Position numbers and translations under genes: made by a program
Assembly: GCA_040902005.1 (NCBI GenBank)
Contig: JBBDYA010000081.1
Span: forward strand, 93,758 to 107,312
Source of the DNA: Gemmatimonadaceae bacterium
GTDB lineage: Bacteria > Gemmatimonadota > Gemmatimonadetes > Gemmatimonadales > Gemmatimonadaceae
Length of the DNA: 13,555 nucleotides
Direction of reading: 5' to 3'
Notes under the pieces: model-generated
The model's input: only the letters and a program-made list of their open reading frames with translations
Told to the model about the DNA's origin: nothing
Databases searched by the model: none
Shown here: positions 7,101-13,555 of the stretch, in pieces
Layout: each line of letters starts with the position of its first letter
Numbering within the stretch: position 1 is the first letter of the stretch

Positions 7101-7486
7101 CTCTCGCGGCACCGGCGGTTGAATTCGGCGACGCCCAGCGACTCGATCTGCGGCTTGCCGCTGATCCCGAGCTGTTTCTCCACCTCGATTTCGACCGGCA
7201 GGCCGTGCGTGTCCCACCCGGCCTTGCGCCGCACGCGGAATCCCTTCGCGGCGCGGTGCCGGCAGAAGAGATCCTTGAGCGTCCGCGAAAACACGTGATG
7301 GATGCCGGGCCGGCCGTTCGCGGTGGGCGGCCCCTCGAAGAAGACGAAGCTGGGCGCTCCCTCGCGCGCCGCGAGCGTGCGCTCGAACAGGTGCTCGGCG
7401 CGCCAGCGCTCGAGCATCTCGCGTTCGAGGTCGTCGGCAGCCCGGCCGGCGGCCAGTTCGGCGAAGCGGCGTTCCGGTTTCTTCAC
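4145..7486 (-). CDS. ileS: Isoleucine--tRNA ligase, type 2 (IleRS2)
   Basis: 1113 aa with FFEGPPTANGRPGIHH, GWDTHGLPVE, editing-domain WTTTPWTL and GSGVVHMAPAFGADD, HSYPHCWR, DWALSRDRYWGTPLPVW, IDTWFDSGSM, FIAEGVDQTRGWFYSL and KMSKH. The C-terminal EGMARELVSRVQRMRKEAGLAVSDRI region with no C-terminal zinc finger is typical of IleRS2. Confidence 0.97.
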   Translation of the reverse strand: MKKPERRFAELAAGRAADDLEREMLERWRAEHLFERTLAAREGAPSFVFFEGPPTANGRPGIHHVFSRTLKDLFCRHRAAKGFRVRRKAGWDTHGLPVEIEVEKQLGISGKPQIESLGVAEFNRRCRESVFTYKDDWEKLSERIAYWLDYDHPYITYSNDYVESVWWALKTLFDKQLLVRGHKILPYCPRCGTALSSHEVAQGYEDVEDPSVYVALDLVSARETAARARHTPGDEHPSVVRRILVWTTTPWTLVSNAALAVHPDLAYVEMTRRDRGEAGDPSHGSSTIILAEARVSVVLGGDWEKRWDVVARHRGADMLGWRYQRPFDWLPYPEGTEHEIIVAGDFVSADDGSGVVHMAPAFGADDYAAGRKYNLAFLQPVNARGEFPADLPVGGGMFVKQADPLLIADLKARGVLWRAGTLTHSYPHCWRCHTPLLYYARGSWFVKTTAYRAEMIARNQRVDWHPPEMGAGRFGEWLENNVDWALSRDRYWGTPLPVWVCGEDAAHVEAIGSYAELATRSGTTLPADFDPHKPFIDAYAWPCGVPGCGGTMRRVPEVIDTWFDSGSMSFAQWHYPFENSETLARQFPADFIAEGVDQTRGWFYSLLAIATGLGDALPNNGAIGNREPGNGADWSALRASPYRAVVVNDLVLDADGQKMSKHKGNTVDPWRVIGDYGADAVRFFLVATSDVSVPRKFDERAIREQAVRFFLTLKNVYSGVFAQYANFGWAPSSADPGAADRPPLDRWMLSRLTAVEARVDDGLERYDATAAARAIVAFVDDDLANWYVRRSRDRFYDVTGEDNRAAFATLHEVLAVTCRLLAPFAPFLSDWMHRELRDGESVHLAPFTRANPFARDPALETAMDAIRQLATLGRAAREEGKLKVRQPLVRAVCVAPGAEPSLLEQLVPLLAAELNVKRVEFATSGDALVTLRAKANFRALGKRFGKKTPLAAAAIGSFTSDELRGFEAGRPLAVTVDGETHELVPEDVEILKSASGDLLVQEGAGFVTAIDPLVTDELRLEGMARELVSRVQRMRKEAGLAVSDRIRLGIGGDAEVVAAASAHRDWIAGEVLATELLLQPDMFPDSLARQDLDLDGITARIALTRTETHGDDK

Positions 7487-7511
7487 GATGTGCGTGGCGG
7501 CTACCGGTCCG

Positions 7512-8003
7512 TCACTCGCCGCGCGGTCGTTGGTTGGGCGAGCTGGCTTCGGCCGCGGAGATCTCGGCGAGCTGGCGCTCGACGAACACCCGAAGCTGCG
7601 TGAGGTAGTTCCGACGGAAACGCTCCAGCGCGGCCAGCTCGTCCTCCACCCGCCGGATGTCCGCGTGCGCGTCCGCCAGCAGGCGATCCGACTGCACCTG
7701 CGCCTCGCGCAGCGTGAGTTGCGACTCGCGCTCCGCCTGCTCCCGGATCTCCGTGCGCAGCTGCTGCGCGTGCACCAGCGCGTCGTTCAGCGCCTTGTCC
7801 CGGTCGCGGAAGGACTTGAGCTGATCGTGGAATCCACGCGCCTTCTGTTCCAGCTCCTGATTGTTGCGAGTGAGACGCTCCAGTTCGTCCGCAACCTGCT
7901 CCCGGAACTCGTCCACGCGCGCGGGATCGTACCCGCGCATGACACGGCCGAACTCCATGCGGCGGACGTCAAGCGGCGTGAGATGGAAACTCTCGTCGTT
8001 CAT
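7512..8003 (-). CDS. divIVA: DivIVA domain-containing coiled-coil protein
   Basis: N-terminus LTPLDVRRMEFGRVMRGYDPARVDEF matches the DivIVA signature, followed by a long coiled coil. ATGA overlap with yggS. The yggS-divIVA-ileS order is familiar. Confidence 0.9.
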   Translation of the reverse strand: MNDESFHLTPLDVRRMEFGRVMRGYDPARVDEFREQVADELERLTRNNQELEQKARGFHDQLKSFRDRDKALNDALVHAQQLRTEIREQAERESQLTLREAQVQSDRLLADAHADIRRVEDELAALERFRRNYLTQLRVFVERQLAEISAAEASSPNQRPRGE

Positions 8004-8686
8004 GCCGTTCTGGCTCCAAAGAGGATCGTTCCCAACCGAACGCTGGTGGCCCCTTCCTCCACCGCGATCTCGTAGTCGCCCGACATGCCCATCGAGAGCT
8101 CGCTGGCGTGCGCGTGGCCGGCGGCCCGCAGCGTGTCGCGCGCGGTGCGCGCGCCGAGAAACACCGCGCGCAGCCGCGCCTCGCCCGCCTCGAACGGCGC
8201 CATCGTCATCACCCCGCGCACGCGCAGGTTGTCCAGGCCCGCCAGGCGCTCCGCCTCGGCACGCACCGCGTGCTGCTCGTAGCCGCCCTTCGTCTCTTCA
8301 CGCGCCACGTTGACCTGCACCAGCACGTCGATGACGCGGCTCGCGGACGCGCCCTGCGCGTTCACGGAATCGGCGAGCGAAGCGCGGTCGAGCGAGTGGA
8401 GCAAATGAAAGCGAGTGAGGTGTTTCACCTTGTTGCGCTGCAGGTGACCGATGAGGTGCCACCGGAACGGCAGCGGGACGGCGTCCATCTTGTCCAACGC
8501 CTCCTGGACCCGGTTTTCGCCCACGTCCCGAAGGCCGGCATCCCATGCGGCCTGAAGCGCATCCGGACCGTAGGTCTTGGTCACGGCGACAATCATGACC
8601 GACTGGCCATGCCCGCCCCGCTGAATCGCCGCATCGATCCGCTCCCGCACCTCCCGGACCCGCGCCGCCAGGTCTGGAAACGGCAT
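8000..8686 (-). CDS. yggS: YggS/PLPBP pyridoxal-phosphate homeostasis protein
   Basis: IVAVTK (PLP lysine), GENRVQEA, WHLIGHLQRNKVK, VLVQVN, ELSMGMSGDYEIAVEEGATSVRLGTILFG. Confidence 0.95.
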   Translation of the reverse strand: MPFPDLAARVREVRERIDAAIQRGGHGQSVMIVAVTKTYGPDALQAAWDAGLRDVGENRVQEALDKMDAVPLPFRWHLIGHLQRNKVKHLTRFHLLHSLDRASLADSVNAQGASASRVIDVLVQVNVAREETKGGYEQHAVRAEAERLAGLDNLRVRGVMTMAPFEAGEARLRAVFLGARTARDTLRAAGHAHASELSMGMSGDYEIAVEEGATSVRLGTILFGARTA

Positions 8687-8694
8687 AAGGTAGC

Positions 8695-8723
8695 AAGCTA
8701 CCGGTAGTTACAGACCGAATCAA
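8695..8723 (-). promoter_or_regulatory. Candidate sigma70-type internal promoter (TTGATT-N17-TAGCTT) 8 nt upstream of the yggS ATG
   Basis: The minus strand reads TTGATT (8723-8718), a 17-nt spacer, TAGCTT (8700-8695), GCTACCTT, then ATG. The stretch is locally AT-rich and no SD precedes yggS. Motif match only. Confidence 0.4.
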
Positions 8724-10674
8724 CCCGAGTCGAGTCACCCTCGCGCGCGACGATCGCGAGCTGACGCGGACACTCCATGAGTCCCCGGAAGTAGCGATGC
8801 ACGGGATCAATACCGTCCCGCGTCTCACGGGCTGGCAGACGCCGGGAGATCCATTGCGCCCAGTGCCGCGCCGCCGCCGTGTCGATCGGCGGCGCGCCCG
8901 GCTCGGCGTCCTCGACGTACACGAAGCCGCGCGAAACCCACCGCGGCCCCCCCCCCAAGCGCGCTCGCTCCGCGGGAAGCAGCGTGATCGCGGCGGCCAC
9001 GGGCCGTCCCTGGCGCCGGGCCGATTCGGCGACGGCCCTCGCCGTGCCCAAGTTGCGCCCGTACCGCTCGACCGCGGCGCTGTCCAGCAGATCGAACCGC
9101 CGCGACAGTTCTGCGCGGTACCACCGCGTGGGCAGCAGCGGCACCGTGACCACCGTGACGTCCGTGCGCATCTCCAGTACTTCCTGCGCATACCACAGCG
9201 GGTAGCTGTCGTTGTCGCCAACCACGAACAGCACCCCGTCGCGCGGCGCGCTGCCGAGCAGCGCCTCCGCGACCACGCGGGGCAGCGAGCTCTCCGGTTC
9301 CGCGCGCCGCGTGACCGCGCGCCAGTTCAGGACGATCGGTATCAGTGCCACGAGCACGCCGGCCCACGCGGGACGGCGATATTCCCTCGCCATTGCCACC
9401 GCGCCGATCCCCGCCCAGAGCCCCCACGCCCAGAACGCAAAGACGAAGAAATAGTCTCGCTCGCGCGCCTCGCGGATGGTGTTCTCGGGCAGATAGCCGT
9501 ACGCGATCGACGGCCCCGCGTGCATGTTGAGGTACGCCACCACGCCGAGCGAACCGCACAGCAGCAGAACGAGCACCGCCAGCCAGCTCCGGCGGTCGGC
9601 CTTCCAGTGCGCCACGGCACCCTCGTACCCCAGCCAGACGAAGAGCAGGGTGCCGAGCGACCGCGCGATGGAGGGGAGCACGGTGGGCCCGGTGGACAGC
9701 GCCACCTGCCAGTCGGCGTACTGGCCGACGTTCCCGAGTTGCGCCCAGATCGGTGCCATGCGGGGCCACATTGGCGACACGGCGTACTGGCGGCGGGAAA
9801 TCACGTTGGCGAGCGACGACCAGCTGTCGGGATTGCCCTGGTTGATCCCGGGGTCGAACTGCGCGCGGACATACATGAACGCCAGCGCGGTGGCGGCAAC
9901 GATCGCCACGGCGATGGCGCCGAGGGGCAAGGCGAGACGCGTGAGCACGCGCTCACGTTCCGCCCCCCCCGCTCCGGGCGCGAAGAGGCCCGCGAGTGAC
10001 ACGACGGCGCCCGCGCCCGCCACCCACCAGGACACCCGGCCCACACCCATGGCGATGAGGAACGTGCCGGTGAGCACGATGCCGCGACGCCAGCGAATGC
10101 CATCCGTTCCATGCGACGCGAGGAGGACGGCCACGGGGGAGACGACGAGCGCGCTCAGGTGCAGCGGCACAGCGAGCGCCATCAGATAGGCGGTGAGCAC
10201 CGTCCATCGCTCTCCCGGCTCGCGGCCCGCTCGATCGGCCGCCCCCACCATCGCCATCGCCAGGAGCAGCGAGGCCGCGTACACCTCGGTTTCGGTCGCG
10301 TTCAGCCAGACCGAGGACATGCCACCGGCCGCGACGGCGGCCGCGAAGGCCACCGTCCCGCTCCCCGTGGCGCGCTGGATGATCCGCGCCGCGATGCCGG
10401 CCGCCGCCGCGGTCGCCGCGGCCGACAGCAGGTTCGTGGCGACGGCGTACGGCAGAAAGAACAGCAGCTTCGCCCACGCGTTCGCGATGAGGATGAACAG
10501 GGGCGTGCCGGGCGGGTGCGGGATCCCGAGCGCGTGCGCGGCCGCGATGAATTCGCCGGAGTCCCAGAAGGTCACGCCGGGCGCCAGCGTGAGCGCGTAG
10601 ACGACGAACAACATCACGGCACCCGATCCGCCCGCGAGGGCGCGCGGGCGCCAAGGGGCGGCAGGCCAGGTCAC
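8698..10674 (-). CDS. DUF2723 / TMEM260-like multi-pass membrane glycosyltransferase (GT-C type)
   Basis: YALTLAPGVTFWDSGEFIAAAHALGIPHPPGTPLF, ATETEVY, RERDYFF and GDNDSYPLWY are motifs I recognise from DUF2723 proteins, with many hydrophobic helices. GTG at 10674 overlaps the cdaA stop (GTGA), giving 658 aa. Confidence 0.82.
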   Translation of the reverse strand: MTWPAAPWRPRALAGGSGAVMLFVVYALTLAPGVTFWDSGEFIAAAHALGIPHPPGTPLFILIANAWAKLLFFLPYAVATNLLSAAATAAAAGIAARIIQRATGSGTVAFAAAVAAGGMSSVWLNATETEVYAASLLLAMAMVGAADRAGREPGERWTVLTAYLMALAVPLHLSALVVSPVAVLLASHGTDGIRWRRGIVLTGTFLIAMGVGRVSWWVAGAGAVVSLAGLFAPGAGGAERERVLTRLALPLGAIAVAIVAATALAFMYVRAQFDPGINQGNPDSWSSLANVISRRQYAVSPMWPRMAPIWAQLGNVGQYADWQVALSTGPTVLPSIARSLGTLLFVWLGYEGAVAHWKADRRSWLAVLVLLLCGSLGVVAYLNMHAGPSIAYGYLPENTIREARERDYFFVFAFWAWGLWAGIGAVAMAREYRRPAWAGVLVALIPIVLNWRAVTRRAEPESSLPRVVAEALLGSAPRDGVLFVVGDNDSYPLWYAQEVLEMRTDVTVVTVPLLPTRWYRAELSRRFDLLDSAAVERYGRNLGTARAVAESARRQGRPVAAAITLLPAERARLGGGPRWVSRGFVYVEDAEPGAPPIDTAAARHWAQWISRRLPARETRDGIDPVHRYFRGLMECPRQLAIVAREGDSTRVDSVCNYR

Positions 10675-11462
10675 GCCGTGAGTCCGACGGGTACCGGTTC
10701 CGAGGTCCGCTCCAGGGGCTCGATGATCTTCCTCTTGACCTGCGCCGGCGTGAGGTTGCGCCACAGCCGCGCGCCCGCCGCGAACGAGATCGCGGCTGTC
10801 TCCTCGGACACCACCACGACCACCGCGTCCGTTTCCTCCGCGACGCCGAGCGCCGCGCGGTGTCGCGTGCCCAGCGACCGGTCGAGTGTCGAAGCCTGGG
10901 ACAGGGGCAGAATGCAGCCCGCGCCGATGATCGTATCGCCGCGAATGAGCACGGCACCGTCGTGCAGTGGCGAGTACGGCGTGAAGATGGTCGCCAGCAG
11001 GTCCGCCGACACGCGGGCCTGCATTTCCGACCCGCTGGTGAGGTACTCGTCGAGGCGCACCTGGCGTTCGATGACGATGATGCCGCCGACCCGCGTGCGA
11101 CTCAGGCGCTCCGCCGCGGCAGCCACTTCGGTCGCCACCAGCTCGCTCCCCATCTCCGAGAAGAAGCGTCGCGTGCGTCCCAGGTGCGCGAGAAACGATC
11201 GGATCTCGGGATGAAAGACGATCAGCAGGGCGATGGCCCCGTATTGGAAGCCAAGCCCCAGCAGATAGGTGATCATGCCGAGCTTGAGCAGATAGGCCGC
11301 CGCGTACGCGGTCACGAGCACCACGAGTCCCAGCAGGATGCGCACCGCCCGCGTGCGCTGGAAGAGCAGCAGCGCGCGGTAGATGACGAAGCTGACGAGC
11401 GCGATTTCCAGGACGTCCCGCCAGTCGGGGTGCAGCAGGCGAAAGTGCTCGAAGCCGTTCAT
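10671..11462 (-). CDS. cdaA: Membrane-anchored diadenylate cyclase CdaA/DacA
   Basis: ATG at 11462 overlaps the folP stop (ATGA), giving 263 aa. Three N-terminal hydrophobic helices, IVFHPEIR, catalytic SPLHDGA and LGTRHRAA motifs, and VVSEET. Confidence 0.94.
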   Translation of the reverse strand: MNGFEHFRLLHPDWRDVLEIALVSFVIYRALLLFQRTRAVRILLGLVVLVTAYAAAYLLKLGMITYLLGLGFQYGAIALLIVFHPEIRSFLAHLGRTRRFFSEMGSELVATEVAAAAERLSRTRVGGIIVIERQVRLDEYLTSGSEMQARVSADLLATIFTPYSPLHDGAVLIRGDTIIGAGCILPLSQASTLDRSLGTRHRAALGVAEETDAVVVVVSEETAAISFAAGARLWRNLTPAQVKRKIIEPLERTSEPVPVGLTA

Positions 11463-12334
11463 CGGATGAAGGACGTGTGGTCTTTCAGGATGGCCCATGC
11501 CACATCGAGCGCCTCGCGCGCCGCTCGAACATCGTGCACCCGGAAGATACGCGCGCCGCGGGCCAGCGCAGCGACGTTGGCGCCGAGCGTGCCGCCGAGC
11601 CGGCCGGCCGGGTCGTGCACGCCGGTAATCTCCCCGATGAATCGCTTCCGCGACACCCCGACGAGCACCGGATACCCCCACGCCGCCAGCCGCGGGAGCG
11701 CGCCCAGCATGGCCAGCGAATGCGGCGCTTCCTTCGCGAAGCCGATGCCGGGATCCACAGCGATGCATTCGTCCGGCACGCCCCCGATCCGGGCGGAGTC
11801 AACGCGCTTGCGCAGCTCGGCAAGCACCTCGGTCACGACGTCGCCGTAACTCGCATGCGCGTACGTGCCAAGTTCCGATACGGTGGCGCCGCGCGAGTGG
11901 GTGAGGACCAGGCCCGCGCCCGCCTTGGCGCAAACGGTGGCGATTCCGGGATCGAACCGCAGTCCCGACACGTCATTGACGATGTGGGCGCCCGCTTCCA
12001 GGGCGGCCTGAGCGATCGCGCTCTTGACGGTGTCGATCGACACCACCGCCTGCGGCCGTTCGCGCGCCAGTCGCTCGATGACGGGCAAGACGCGGCGGCG
12101 TTCGTCGTCCGCGGAGACGGCCACGGCGCCCGGGCGGGTGGATTCCCCGCCGATGTCGATGATGTCCGCGCCACTCTCGAGCAGTCCCGTCACGTGCTCG
12201 AACACGTCGGCGTCGGAGGAAAAAAAGCGACCCCCGTCGCTGAAACTGTCGGGGGTCACATTCACGATGCCCATGATCAGCGGGCGATCGAGCGACACCA
12301 CCCGATCACGGATCGTCCAGGGGCGGGAGGGCAA
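11459..12334 (-). CDS. folP: Dihydropteroate synthase
   Basis: IMGIVNVTPDSFSDGG, IIDIGGESTRPGA, VSIDT, IVNDVSG, DPGIGF, GVSRKRFIG and IFRVHDV. TTG start 3 nt after the ftsH stop. Confidence 0.96.
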   Translation of the reverse strand: MPSRPWTIRDRVVSLDRPLIMGIVNVTPDSFSDGGRFFSSDADVFEHVTGLLESGADIIDIGGESTRPGAVAVSADDERRRVLPVIERLARERPQAVVSIDTVKSAIAQAALEAGAHIVNDVSGLRFDPGIATVCAKAGAGLVLTHSRGATVSELGTYAHASYGDVVTEVLAELRKRVDSARIGGVPDECIAVDPGIGFAKEAPHSLAMLGALPRLAAWGYPVLVGVSRKRFIGEITGVHDPAGRLGGTLGANVAALARGARIFRVHDVRAAREALDVAWAILKDHTSFIR

Positions 12335-12337
12335 CGG

Positions 12338-13555
12338 CTACGCCGGACTTGGCTCCGGGCCGCCGAGCAACGGCGGGTTCCGCTTGGGCTCGACGACGAG
12401 GGGAGCCGACGCCGCGAGCGGCGTGGACGGCGTCGGGGGCGTGGACCGCGGGGGGATCTTCTCGCCGCGATCCAGCATCTCCACGTCTTCCCGGGTCAGC
12501 GTCTCGAAGTCGAGCAGCGCCTGCGCCACCGAGTGCAACAGCCCCATGTGCTCCTGGAGGACCTTCTTCGCGCGCTCGAAGGACTCCTGGATGATGCGCT
12601 TCACCTCGGAGTCCACGATCTGCGCGGTACGCTCCGAGACCTCGCGCCGGCTGCCGAGCTCGCGGCCGAGGAACACTTCGTGCTCGTTGTCCCCGACGAG
12701 AATCGGTCCGATCTCGTCGGACAGTCCCCATTGCGTGACGTAGCGCCGCGCGAGCCCGGTGGCGCTCTGGATGTCGCTGGCCGCGCCGGTGGTCACCCGG
12801 TCCCGGCCGAACACCAGCTCTTCGGCGGCGCGCCCGCCATACATGCGGACGAGCGTGGCCTCCAGCTGCATGCGCGTGACGGAGACGCGATCGTCCTCCG
12901 GCAGCACGAACGCGATGCCCAGCGCCCGGCCACGGGGCACGATCGTCACCTTGTGGAGCGGATCGTTCCCCGGCGTCTTGATGCCGCAGATCGCGTGCCC
13001 GGCCTCGTGATACGCGGTGAGCCGTCGTTCATCTTCCTTCATGACGAGCGACTTGCGCTCGGCGCCCATCATCACCTTGTCCTTTGCATCCTCGAAGTCC
13101 ATCATGAAGATGCGGTCGTGGGTGCGGCGCACCGCCAGCAGCGCCGCCTCGTTCACCAGGTTGGCGAGGTCCGCGCCGGCCATGCCGGGCGTCCCGCGCG
13201 CCAGCGTCGTGATCTCCACGTCGTCCGACAGCGGCTTGTTGCGCATGTGCACGCGGAGAATGCCCTCGCGTCCCCTGATGTCCGGCAGGTCCACCACGAT
13301 CTGGCGGTCGAACCGGCCCGGCCGCAGGAGCGCGGGGTCGAGCACGTCCGGCCGGTTGGTCGCGGCGATCAGGATCACGCCGTCGTTCGACTCGAAGCCG
13401 TCCATCTCGACCAGCAGCTGGTTGAGCGTCTGCTCGCGCTCATCGTGTCCCCCGCCCAGGCCGGCGCCGCGATGGCGGCCCACCGCATCGATCTCGTCGA
13501 CGAAGATGATGCACGGCGCGTGCGCCTTGCCCTGCTCGAACAGGTCGCGCACGCG
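12338..13555 (-). CDS. ftsH: ATP-dependent zinc metalloprotease FtsH, C-terminal part (5'-truncated by the window)
   Basis: Walker [54 protein letters not shown], zinc motif HEAGH, TTGAASD and a Pro-rich tail. Confidence 0.97.
   Translation of the reverse strand, partial: RVRDLFEQGKAHAPCIIFVDEIDAVGRHRGAGLGGGHDEREQTLNQLLVEMDGFESNDGVILIAATNRPDVLDPALLRPGRFDRQIVVDLPDIRGREGILRVHMRNKPLSDDVEITTLARGTPGMAGADLANLVNEAALLAVRRTHDRIFMMDFEDAKDKVMMGAERKSLVMKEDERRLTAYHEAGHAICGIKTPGNDPLHKVTIVPRGRALGIAFVLPEDDRVSVTRMQLEATLVRMYGGRAAEELVFGRDRVTTGAASDIQSATGLARRYVTQWGLSDEIGPILVGDNEHEVFLGRELGSRREVSERTAQIVDSEVKRIIQESFERAKKVLQEHMGLLHSVAQALLDFETLTREDVEMLDRGEKIPPRSTPPTPSTPLAASAPLVVEPKRNPPLLGGPEPSPA

Noticed and set aside
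7487..7511. T-box riboswitch or other RNA element upstream of ileS
   Set aside because: The gap is only 25 nt and has no T-box motif or terminator.
4250..7603. 1117-codon ORF antisense to ileS, tempting as a sense/antisense (Rodin-Ohno-type) gene pair
   Set aside because: It is in the codon-aligned antisense register, where stops need TTA, CTA or TCA sense codons, which are rare at this GC content. The translation has no recognisable motif, and similar shadow ORFs lie opposite other genes here.
8797..11849. Long plus-strand ORFs (400, 367 and 329 aa) and alternate-frame minus-strand ORFs
   Set aside because: Arg/Gly/Pro/Ala-rich shadows overlapping well-supported genes, with no motifs.
12220..12226. 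A7 (T7 on the coding strand) run in folP
   Set aside because: Short, in frame, encodes the Phe-Phe of GGRFFS, and has no convincing upstream hairpin to make a terminator.
11459..12334. folP as a sul-type sulfonamide resistance gene, or the window as a resistance island with ileS and lspA
   Set aside because: It has the canonical DPGIGFAK without the Phe-Gly insertion of Sul enzymes, sits in the usual ftsH-folP context, and no integrase, transposase or flanking repeats are visible.
1..13555. CRISPR array, tRNA/rRNA, IS or prophage genes
   Set aside because: There is almost no intergenic space, no spaced direct repeats, and every gene is assignable to a chromosomal family.

Overview
High-GC bacterial chromosomal DNA. 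The gene content and order suggest Gemmatimonadota or a similar diderm lineage (inference, not verified). Fourteen genes lie on the minus strand with gaps of 25 nt or less or short overlaps, reading right to left: ftsH (5'-truncated by the window), folP, cdaA/dacA, a DUF2723/TMEM260-like membrane glycosyltransferase, yggS, divIVA, ileS (type 2), a DksA/TraR C4 zinc-finger protein, lspA, a second lspA, a RluA/RluD pseudouridine synthase, cheW (frameshifted at a G17 tract), cheY and cheA (runs off the left edge in a poly-G run). I see no RNA genes, mobile elements or CRISPR arrays. The most notable signals are: (1) IleRS has the swapped GIHH signature instead of HIGH, a variant linked to mupirocin hyper-resistance; (2) two tandem lspA paralogs, both apparently intact; (3) a homopolymer-frameshifted cheW, either phase variation or a sequencing error; (4) a cheW-cheY-cheA module with Dif/F1-like order attached to a housekeeping operon; (5) cdaA coupled to a GT-C glycosyltransferase instead of cdaR/glmM; (6) candidate leaderless internal promoters built on upstream stop codons. 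I cannot support a wholly new system from sequence alone.
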